A program made the translations under genes and the position numbers. Below the pieces are notes generated by a model. That model worked only from the letters and a program-made list of their open reading frames with translations, did not search any database and was not told the DNA's origin. Shown piece after piece: positions 55,163-62,546 of a stretch of DNA of 64,000 nucleotides. The DNA comes from Candidatus Nomurabacteria bacterium (GTDB lineage: Bacteria > Patescibacteriota > Minisyncoccia > Phycocordibacterales > UBA9973). Numbering within the stretch: the stretch's first letter is position 1; every line of letters begins with the position of its first letter. The DNA is taken from the NCBI GenBank assembly GCA_943354905.1, contig CALRDL010000001.1, forward strand, positions 29,520 to 93,519, written 5' to 3'.

Positions 55163-56773
55163 CTAGAACTTAGGGGCCCTCCACGCTTTTACCGGCGCGG
55201 GGGCGGGTGGTGGTGGAGGTGCGGGTTTTGCAACCTCAAGGGCCGCTTTCTCCGCCTCCGCTTTTTTTCCTGCAATCAGTTCTTCCGTGATTTTTGCAAG
55301 GGTTTTTTCCGTTTCCGCTATCGTCATGACGCGGACTGAAATGTTTTCGTTTGCCGGCGTCGTCGTGACGGCTTCCATGTCGGCGATAAGGCCGGCAGGG
55401 AGATCGATCGAGAACACCGGCTTGTTGGCGTTGAAATTGGCGACGAGTTCGTCGTCGCTTTCCGTTGAGTTGCTGGTTCTTGCCACCATTTTTTCAATGG
55501 CTTCGCCGAATTCATCGACGAACCACTTGGGTGACTGGCCGAACTCATGTGCGAGCCGGCGAATCGTGGCGATGCCGTGGTTGTGGGTCTCTTTGGCTTC
55601 TTTTGCCAGCGCGAGCTGGTGCTGGAATTCTGTGTGGTAGACATTGTAAGCGCCCTGTGCGTCCGGAGACGTGACAGTCGCTTCCAATTCCACTAACTGC
55701 TTTGCCAACGCTTCCGCCTCTACCTTCTTGGCCATGGCGGACTCGGCTTGCGGGTGGGTGGTGGTTGAAAACACCGCTTCCCAAGCGTACAATACCGCGA
55801 ACACTAACACTACACCAAACGATCCGGCGATGTCGCCAGTCTGAGTCATCATAACCCAGCGGATGCCGAGGGTTCCGAGGATAGTCATGGCCATTAGCCA
55901 GAACCACATCCTGTGCTTAAACTCCGCGTCGCCAGACAGAGTGAAAACCGAGACTGACTTACCCGTCAAGGGGTCTACCCCGTTCGGAAAAGTTTCTCTC
56001 AGTTGCTGAGTAGCGTTGCAAAGGTCGAGTTCCACCTTCATGGCGGAACCAGCGAAGTAGGTGGTTATGGATCCCGCCATGCTCACTAGGAGCGAGAAGG
56101 CGAGGGCCATCGATTGGTTTCCTTGGTCTTGAAGTATTGGTGCGTTGAACACCACTTCAAAAAACAAGGATATCGCGAATGCCGCGGTCACGGGGAGCCA
56201 AGATGCTGGTCCAGTTTCCGGAGCATTGATTGCGAGGTTTGGGTTGCCGTTGATGCCGATTGCCAACCGGCGTGCCTCAAGGAAGGCATCTTTTGCCTTG
56301 ACCTGGAGGGTGTCGATGGCGGCGAGGCCCGCCTGGGCGAAGCCTTTTAGCTTGCTGGCGAAGTCCGTGGTGAGTTGGTTGGGGTTCGGTGTTGGCACAT
56401 CCTGTGCCTGACGAACCTTTTGAATCGCGTTGCCGAGCGTCTGCTCGGCAAAGGCTTTGTATCCAGCGAAGAGATCGCTGAACATCTGGGCCACTTCTTC
56501 GAACAGAACCGATATTTGACCCGGGGCATACGTGCCCCCGAGCCCCTCTACTGCCTGGACGAGTGCTGGCATGTGCGGGGTGACGACGACCTGAGGGTCG
56601 AGGGTTACCACACTTCTAACGACGGGCTGGATGTTGTTGTTTTCGGTCACTGCGGCCGGAGCCGAGGTGCCGATTTTTAAGGACGTAGTGCCCCGTCCGG
56701 GCACCAGCTGGAGCAGTCGCCTGCTCCAGCTTTTGAGTTTTTCTCTCATTTTTTTTACCTTTTCTTTTGTCAA
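55163..56773 (-). CDS. GC-rich hypothetical membrane protein with four predicted transmembrane helices and a poly-Pro C-terminus
   Basis: 536-aa ORF with transmembrane segments at ~200-330. C-terminal PAPPPPPAPAP. Confidence 0.45.
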   Translation of the reverse strand: MTKEKVKKMREKLKSWSRRLLQLVPGRGTTSLKIGTSAPAAVTENNNIQPVVRSVVTLDPQVVVTPHMPALVQAVEGLGGTYAPGQISVLFEEVAQMFSDLFAGYKAFAEQTLGNAIQKVRQAQDVPTPNPNQLTTDFASKLKGFAQAGLAAIDTLQVKAKDAFLEARRLAIGINGNPNLAINAPETGPASWLPVTAAFAISLFFEVVFNAPILQDQGNQSMALAFSLLVSMAGSITTYFAGSAMKVELDLCNATQQLRETFPNGVDPLTGKSVSVFTLSGDAEFKHRMWFWLMAMTILGTLGIRWVMMTQTGDIAGSFGVVLVFAVLYAWEAVFSTTTHPQAESAMAKKVEAEALAKQLVELEATVTSPDAQGAYNVYHTEFQHQLALAKEAKETHNHGIATIRRLAHEFGQSPKWFVDEFGEAIEKMVARTSNSTESDDELVANFNANKPVFSIDLPAGLIADMEAVTTTPANENISVRVMTIAETEKTLAKITEELIAGKKAEAEKAALEVAKPAPPPPPAPAPVKAWRAPKF

Positions 56774-57252
56774 GTTCTGCCAAAGACTGCTGGGTTCTTC
56801 TTCCAGTCACCTTTGAAGTAGTACAAGATATTAGTACTATGAATTAACCCATATTTATAGTATAGCACTTATTTATCTAAATGTCAAGCTGAATATTGCT
56901 ATGTTTTATAAAATGTAGTGTAATAAAGACCATTGAGTTATCCCCACATTCCCTCTTTTCGATTGACTTTCGACCCTCTTTTGTTATCATATAGGAGTAC
57001 CCATACACCTAAATAAATAGGTGTTCGGGTATAGTTCTGAATAGAGGAGATGGTACAAGATGGCAGATAAGCGGACCCGACAGTAACCATCGTAAGAATC
57101 TTTTTTTACAGCACAATTTCGGTCGTACTGTATTCTAGCCTTACATTAAAAGGTCAGAAAGGAAATCTTACGGTAAATTTGTTTGTTTTATAAAAAACCT
57201 ATTTAACATATACAGTGCTACGCAGACTAAATCTTTTGCCCTAAAGGGTATT

Positions 57253-58272
57253 TTGATTTGTGTACTCACTCTTTCTCCTTTGTGGCAAGCAGAAGCAGGT
57301 CTATGGTCTTCTGTGTTGGGTAGCGAGGCAAGTGCCCAGAATTTGACTATAAACTCTGTAGAGTTAAATAAAAATTCGCAAACTTTACCTATTTTACAAG
57401 CTGATGTTCCCTTTTTTACTATTACTAATGACAAAAAAGGTTTTAAAGTGTCTCCAGATCTTCAAGGTGATATCGTGGAAAACACAGCTCTCTTGCCTGC
57501 TATGGGTCCTGCGAGTGTCTTTGGTGGTCCTGAAGTAGAAGATTTTTCTTTGGAAGATACCAGTATATATGTAGTTCACAAAGGTGATACTGTGCAGATC
57601 GTCGCGGATATGTTTGGTGTTTCTGTCGATACTATCCTATCAAGTAATGGTATGAAGAAGGGAGATGCTCTTAAAGAAGGTGATGTCCTTTTGATTTTAC
57701 CTTTTTCAGGAGTGGAGCATACGGTAGCAAGTGGGGAAACTTTAAATGGTCTTGCCAATAAATATAAAGTTGATGTTGAAGATATTCTTTATGCAAATGA
57801 CTTACACGAAGATGTCAAACTCGCAATCGGTGATAAATTGATGATTCCTGGGGCTAGAATGCTCAGTGAAATAAAACCAAAGGTTTCTACGGTAGCCAAG
57901 GGCGGGTCTTTTTCTGTGCCGAGTGTGGCTGGTTATTTTAAAAATCCAGTTCCTGGAGCAATAAAAAGTAGGGGGATTAAGCCTGGTCATAAAGGCGTAG
58001 ACTTTGCCGCTCCTATCGGCACACCCATCTATTCCTCAGTTTCTGGTACAGTTTTGATAGCCAGAAATGGTTTTAATGGAGGCTTCGGAAATTATGTCGT
58101 GGTTCAACATTCAAATGGTGTGAAGACTCTATATGCTCATATGTCAAAATTAGGTACGACTTCTGGGGCTAAGGTGGCTCAGGGAGAAGTCATCGGTTAT
58201 GTCGGATCAACAGGTAAATCTACCGGACCACATTTACACTTCGAGACAATAGGTACCAAAAATCCTTTCTAA
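57253..58272 (+). CDS. LysM-domain M23-family peptidoglycan endopeptidase
   Basis: Two LysM repeats (YVVHKGDTVQIVADMFGV; HTVASGETLNGLANKY) and M23 motifs (HKGVDFAAPIGTPIY; GSTGKSTGPHLHFE). Confidence 0.8.
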   Translation: MICVLTLSPLWQAEAGLWSSVLGSEASAQNLTINSVELNKNSQTLPILQADVPFFTITNDKKGFKVSPDLQGDIVENTALLPAMGPASVFGGPEVEDFSLEDTSIYVVHKGDTVQIVADMFGVSVDTILSSNGMKKGDALKEGDVLLILPFSGVEHTVASGETLNGLANKYKVDVEDILYANDLHEDVKLAIGDKLMIPGARMLSEIKPKVSTVAKGGSFSVPSVAGYFKNPVPGAIKSRGIKPGHKGVDFAAPIGTPIYSSVSGTVLIARNGFNGGFGNYVVVQHSNGVKTLYAHMSKLGTTSGAKVAQGEVIGYVGSTGKSTGPHLHFETIGTKNPF

Positions 58273-58276
58273 TTTT

Positions 58277-59026
58277 TTATTCTAATGCCATCAGTGCAAC
58301 CATCAAGAGTATTCCTATGGTTAAAAAAACGAATTGTAAAAGTGAATATTTTATTTCTTTGGTTTTGTGTAATTCTGGAATTAAATCCGCAATTGCAATG
58401 TAAATAAACCCTCCGCTAGCTATCGGTATAAAGTATATGATGAAATTTTCCGCAATTCCTCCTAAAATAAATACAAAAATCAATCCAGCGATAGACAAAA
58501 GTCCCGATAAAAAATTTAACCATAATGCTCGAGTTTTGGTATAGCCTGCGTGCAATAAGACTGCAAAATCCCCTATTTCTTGAGGTATTTCATGCAAAAT
58601 GACGGCTATGGTGGTAGCGATACCTACTGGCACACTCACTAAAAAACTCGCTCCTATTATTATTCCGTCTATTAGATTGTGGACACCATCGCTAAAAAGA
58701 ATCAACTTCCCTACTGGATGAATATGATTTTCTTCTTTGTCTTCGCCATGGTGATGCCAGTGGAAAAATTTTTCTACAATAAAGAAAAAAAGTATTCCAG
58801 CAATTATGAGCAAGCTCACCAGCAAAGGGTTTGAAGAATTTTCTAAAGCCTCAGGTATGAGATGAATAAATGCATCTCCCAAGAGCGCACCCACAGCCAG
58901 ACTTATAAAAAGATTGATATATTTTTTTATAATTTCTTCTTTAAAAGAAAGTGAAAATACTCCGATCAAAGAAATAAGACTCACAGCTAGGACACTCACG
59001 AAACTATATAAATATATTATGGGCAT
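58277..59026 (-). CDS. ZIP-family divalent metal transporter
   Basis: A His-rich loop (HHHGEDKEENHIH) and HEIPQEIGDFAVLL. Confidence 0.75.
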   Translation of the reverse strand: MPIIYLYSFVSVLAVSLISLIGVFSLSFKEEIIKKYINLFISLAVGALLGDAFIHLIPEALENSSNPLLVSLLIIAGILFFFIVEKFFHWHHHGEDKEENHIHPVGKLILFSDGVHNLIDGIIIGASFLVSVPVGIATTIAVILHEIPQEIGDFAVLLHAGYTKTRALWLNFLSGLLSIAGLIFVFILGGIAENFIIYFIPIASGGFIYIAIADLIPELHKTKEIKYSLLQFVFLTIGILLMVALMALE

Positions 59027-59096
59027 AGATTTTTATCAAAAATTTTATTAGAGAGTAGAATATTTAAATTTTTTATGTTAAGATTATTTAGTCAAA

Positions 59097-59170
59097 CGGG
59101 CTGTAGTATATCGGTTGTACAAGTGCTTTGGGAGCATTTAGGCTGGGTTCGACTCCCAGCAGCCCGACCA
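59097..59170 (+). tRNA. tRNA-Pro (anticodon UGG), CCA encoded
   Basis: Cloverleaf: acceptor CGGGCTG/CAGCCCG, anticodon loop UUUGGGA, T-loop TTCGACT. Confidence 0.75.
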
Positions 59171-59193
59171 GAAAGTTGTTCATAATTAAATTT

Positions 59194-59264
59194 GCGGGAT
59201 TAGTTTATCGGTAAAATAACAGTTTTCCAAACTGTGGTGAAGGGTTCGACTCCCTTATCCCGCA
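59194..59264 (+). tRNA. tRNA-Gly (anticodon UCC)
   Basis: Acceptor GCGGGAT/ATCCCGC, anticodon stem ACAGT/ACTGT, loop UUUCCAA, T-arm AAGGG-TTCGACT-CCCTT. Confidence 0.65.
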
Positions 59265-59283
59265 CAGAACTAATGTGAGTATA

Positions 59284-59697
59284 TCATAGAATGATATCAC
59301 TTAGAATTCTTATTCTAGATTTTTTGTTTTTTATATCTATAAAAACCACCAGTAAATCCACCTGCCATTCTTTCTCTTCGTGTTTTCTATTGGACATCAG
59401 ATAAGTTTGGATTGTCCTTGAGAGTCTTTTAAGTTTCCACGGGTGCATATTGTCTTCTGGCCTAGAATCTTCATATGTTTCACGCGGAACGTCCTGAGTA
59501 CCCCCGAAGGAAGTAACACTCTTGACCTCAATGAAATATAGTTTATTTTCCTTCTCAGCCACAATATCTATCTCGCCCCATTTTTTTGTATAGTTTCTGT
59601 CTAAAATTGAAAAACCATGTTTCACGAGAAACTTTGTAGCGATATTTTCTCCTATTTCTCCAGTCTTTTGTGTTTCTGAAGTGAATACTTTAGGCAT
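59284..59697 (-). CDS. yraN: YraN-family (UPF0102) endonuclease with an in-frame Family E insert
   Basis: GEIDIVAEK...LYFIEVKS motifs. Confidence 0.6.
   Translation of the reverse strand: MPKVFTSETQKTGEIGENIATKFLVKHGFSILDRNYTKKWGEIDIVAEKENKLYFIEVKSVTSFGGTQDVPRETYEDSRPEDNMHPWKLKRLSRTIQTYLMSNRKHEEKEWQVDLLVVFIDIKNKKSRIRILSDIIL
59474..59528. repeat. Family E element (TGTTTCACGCGGAACGYCCTGAG...CGAAGG...GTAAC), in frame in yraN
   Basis: Translated as SVTSFGGTQDVPRETYED. Confidence 0.6.
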
Positions 59698-59709
59698 AAA
59701 AATGATTTA

Positions 59710-59777
59710 TTGTTTCACGCGGAACGCCCTGAGATACTCGAAGGGTGTAACTTTATTAAATATGTTTCACGTGTAAC
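59710..59777. repeat. Two further Family E copies (intergenic): one full copy and one collapsed derivative
   Basis: tgtttcacgcggaacgccctgagatactcgaagggtgtaac and atgtttcacgtgtaac. Confidence 0.6.
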
Positions 59778-59978
59778 TAAAAGGTTAAATTTAATGTCTT
59801 TTATTGAAATACCTTTATTTGACAACATATTTTGTCAAAATCTGCTTATAAAAGACAAGATTTTTTATGTCCTTTATAAACATAATTAACATAGTTATCC
59901 ACATCTGCTCGTCTTTCGGTGAGGTTTTGTGAATAATCCTTATTTGACAACATTTTAATAAAGGACAGAGATAGGGTG

Positions 59979-60050
59979 TGCACCCGGAGGGATTCGAACC
60001 CCCAACGACCGCTTCGAAGGCGGATATGATATCCATTTCACTACGGGTGC
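59979..60050 (-). tRNA. tRNA-Arg (anticodon UCG, tentative)
   Basis: The reverse complement GCACCCGTAGTGAAATGGATATCATATCCGCCTTCGAAGCGGTCGTTGGGGGTTCGAATCCCTCCGGGTGCA folds as a cloverleaf. The first anticodon-stem pair is mismatched. Confidence 0.6.
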
Positions 60051-60169
60051 AATAGAAATAATTATACATCATTTTTTATTATTAGTATAATATCCTTTAT
60101 GCATAAGTCCAAATATAAAATTGCAATTAAATGAATTTAATATATAATTAATTTATTAAATATAATTTA

Positions 60170-60240
60170 GCGGTTATGGTTTAGTGGTAGAACACGTCCT
60201 TGCCAAGGATGAGACGGGAGTCCGATTCTCCCTAACCGCA
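60170..60240 (+). tRNA. tRNA-Gly (anticodon GCC)
   Basis: GCGGTTATGGTTTAGTGGTAGAACACGTCCTTGCCAAGGATGAGACGGGAGTCCGATTCTCCCTAACCGCA. Confidence 0.8.
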
Positions 60241-60252
60241 CAAAATAGATTG

Positions 60253-61977
60253 AACACAATCAAAAAAAATTTAAAAATAGATCTACTGAATAAAATCCCA
60301 AAAGAAGTTTCACATGTAACAAGTACGCTCAGAAAAGCAGGTTTTGAGGTTTTTTTGGTTGGAGGTTGTGTAAGGGATTTATTTCTTGATAGAGAACCAA
60401 AGGATTGGGACGTCACTACTAATGCCAAACCAGAGCAGATCATAGCCCTCTTTGAAAAGACTGTATATGAGAATACTTTCGGTACAGTCGGCGTAGTTGT
60501 TTCCCGTGAAACGGCTACACCTTCAAATCTCCACCTTGTGGAGGGGGAGATGCCGAAGGCAGAGGGGGTAATAGTGGAAGTCACCCCATACAGAATTGAA
60601 GCAAAATATAGCGATTTTAGACATCCTGATGAAGTAAAGTTTAGTGATAATCTAACAGATGACCTTAAAAGACGTGACTTCACCATTAACGCAATGGCTA
60701 TAGATTCTAAAGGACCCGCCCAAAGTCTAAAGGACATTGAGTCTGGCTGGCATCTAACTGACCTTTATGAAGGTATAAAGGACATAGAAAATAAAACATT
60801 ACGGACAGTGGGGAGTGCGGATGAGAGATTTAATGAAGATGCATTGCGAATGCTTCGGGCTGTGCGTTTTGCTTGCCAATTAAATTTTTCTATTTCTTCT
60901 GAAACTACAGAAAGTATTTTAAAAAATTCTAATTTGATAAAAGAAATTTCTTCAGAAAGAATTCGAGATGAATTTATAAAAATAATTTTATCAGATAATC
61001 CGGCAAGTGGTTTAGTTATGTTGCAAAAATTTGGATTATTAAAAAATATTATTCCTGAGCTTGAAGAGGGGATAGGTTGCGAACAATTAGGAGAACATAT
61101 CTATGATGTTTGGGACCATTTGCTTCATGCTCTCCAGCATGCAGCGGACAAGAAATGGCCTTTAGAAATAAGGCTTTCTGCTCTTTTTCATGATATTGGG
61201 AAGCCAAAGACTCGACGAATCGCTTCGCAGGAAAATGCTTTCCGTCATTCGCACTCTGTCCTGGAAGTGCAAGATAGTTCTGTTCGTAGCGAAGATTCCT
61301 CCAAGCATATTCCTGCTACACTCTCTCCCCGTGAGTCCGAGAATATTTTGTCCCCCAAGAGTAAAAAGAAATATACATTTTATGGTCATGAAGTTGTCGG
61401 TGCAAGAATAACGAAAAAAATAATGGAGAGATTAAAATTTTCTAAAAAAGAAATTGATCTGGTGGAAAAACTTGTTCGCAACCACATGTTTTTTTCTGAT
61501 ACTGAGCTTATCACTCTCTCTGCCGTGCGAAGAGTCGTTACTAAAGTCGGAGTAGATAATATTTGGTTTCTAATGAATGTCCGTGAATGTGATCGAGTGG
61601 GAATGAAAAAGAAAGAAGCTCCTTATCGCTTGCGCAAATATTTTGCTATGATCGAAGAAGCCCTCCATGACCCTATTTCCGTAGGAGCCTTGAAAATAAA
61701 CGGTGAATTTATGATAAAGGACATGTCCATTAAACCCGGACCACGCATGGGTTGGATGTTGAACGCACTTCTTGAAGAAGTCCTTGAAGACCCGAAAAAA
61801 AATACGATAGAATATCTAAAGGACAAAATTTTGGAACTCGAAAAACTTTCTGACGCAGAATTGAAAGCCCTTGGGGATAAAGGGAAAGAAAAAAAAGAAG
61901 AACTCGAAGAAGAAGAAGTCGAAAAACTTCACGCTAAGCATGGAGTGAGATCGGGTAAAGGTGAAGCAAAGAAGTAA
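60253..61977 (+). CDS. cca: tRNA nucleotidyltransferase (CCA-adding enzyme, head domain plus HD domain) with two in-frame inserts and an acidic C-terminal tail. The start is uncertain (non-ATG).
   Basis: LVGGCVRDLFLDREPKDWDVTT, RDFTINAMA, HDIGKP. The ORF-table start at 60184 lies inside tRNA-Gly, so a downstream TTG near 60253 is assumed. Confidence 0.75.
   Translation, partial: NTIKKNLKIDLLNKIPKEVSHVTSTLRKAGFEVFLVGGCVRDLFLDREPKDWDVTTNAKPEQIIALFEKTVYENTFGTVGVVVSRETATPSNLHLVEGEMPKAEGVIVEVTPYRIEAKYSDFRHPDEVKFSDNLTDDLKRRDFTINAMAIDSKGPAQSLKDIESGWHLTDLYEGIKDIENKTLRTVGSADERFNEDALRMLRAVRFACQLNFSISSETTESILKNSNLIKEISSERIRDEFIKIILSDNPASGLVMLQKFGLLKNIIPELEEGIGCEQLGEHIYDVWDHLLHALQHAADKKWPLEIRLSALFHDIGKPKTRRIASQENAFRHSHSVLEVQDSSVRSEDSSKHIPATLSPRESENILSPKSKKKYTFYGHEVVGARITKKIMERLKFSKKEIDLVEKLVRNHMFFSDTELITLSAVRRVVTKVGVDNIWFLMNVRECDRVGMKKKEAPYRLRKYFAMIEEALHDPISVGALKINGEFMIKDMSIKPGPRMGWMLNALLEEVLEDPKKNTIEYLKDKILELEKLSDAELKALGDKGKEKKEELEEEEVEKLHAKHGVRSGKGEAKK
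60531..60570. repeat. Family B element (half-deleted form), in frame in cca
   Basis: Sequence ccaccttgtggagggggagatgccgaaggcagagggggta. Confidence 0.65.
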
Positions 61978-62013
61978 TTTGACAATTCTATACCAAAATA
62001 TATACTTTGGTAT

Positions 62014-62280
62014 ATGGATACAACAATGTTAATAAAAACAAATAAGGTTTTAAAAACTCGAGCTCAAAAACTTGCTAAAGAAATGGGGCTTCCTTTGGGC
62101 ACTTTGATCAATAATTATTTGAGAGATTTTATTATTGATAAGCAAGTAACATTCAATGCGCCAATGCCGAATAAAAAAACTCAAGCAGCAATTCTAGCTT
62201 CTAGGAGGGAATTAAAAGCAGGAAAGACAGCTGGACCTTTCAATTCAGTGGAGGGAATGATGAAAAGTTTAAATTCATAA
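62014..62280 (+). CDS. dinJ: RelB/DinJ-family antitoxin
   Basis: KTNKVLKTRAQKLAKEMGLPLGTLINNYLRDFI resembles the ribbon-helix-helix fold of DinJ. Confidence 0.55.
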   Translation: MDTTMLIKTNKVLKTRAQKLAKEMGLPLGTLINNYLRDFIIDKQVTFNAPMPNKKTQAAILASRRELKAGKTAGPFNSVEGMMKSLNS

Positions 62281-62283
62281 AAA

Positions 62284-62542
62284 ATGAAAGTTGATTATTC
62301 ACATTCTTTTAAAAAAGACTACAAAAAACTTCCTTTTATTATTGTGTAATAAATTTCGTGAACGAGTTGAACTTTTCAAGGAAAATCAATTTAGTCCAAT
62401 ATTAAATAATCATTCTGTGCATCACCCTTACGAAGGGTGCCAGAGTATAAATATAAGTGGCGATATACGAGCATTATTTGAAATGAATAAAGATAGTGTT
62501 CTTTTCGTTCGGGTGGGTTCTCATAGCGAACTTTACAAATAA
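62284..62542 (+). pseudogene. yafQ: YafQ/RelE-family toxin disrupted by a +1 frameshift near 62340-62350
   Basis: Frame A reads MKVDYSHSFKKDYKKLPFIIV then a stop. Frame B continues NKFRERVELFKENQFSPILNNHSVHHPYEGCQSINISGDIRALFEMNKDSVLFVRVGSHSELYK, which carries the YafQ C-terminal signature. Confidence 0.5.
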
Positions 62543-62546
62543 TTTT

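Larger units (their letters stand above)
54060..56810. other. High-GC (~55-65%) island in a ~33% GC genome, a putative horizontally acquired segment
   Basis: Abrupt compositional shift visible by eye (for example, 41 of 60 G+C at 55201-55260). Many spurious antisense ORFs, as is typical of GC-rich DNA. Confidence 0.7.

Noticed and set aside
54621-56816. Multiple 60-120-aa ORFs on both strands (e.g. 54621-54902, 54825-55073, 55324-55644, 55545-55907, 56375-56680)
   Set aside because: They lie inside the high-GC island, where GC-rich DNA generates long stop-free frames by chance. They overlap the two long plausible CDSs.
59815-60072. An 85-aa ORF on the minus strand
   Set aside because: It overlaps the well-folded tRNA-Arg (59979-60050) and AT-rich spacer. 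Most likely spurious.
60184-60252. The ORF-table start of the CCA enzyme (GTG at 60184)
   Set aside because: That start lies inside tRNA-Gly(GCC). The real start must be downstream (probably the TTG near 60253). The N-terminal 23 codons were rejected.
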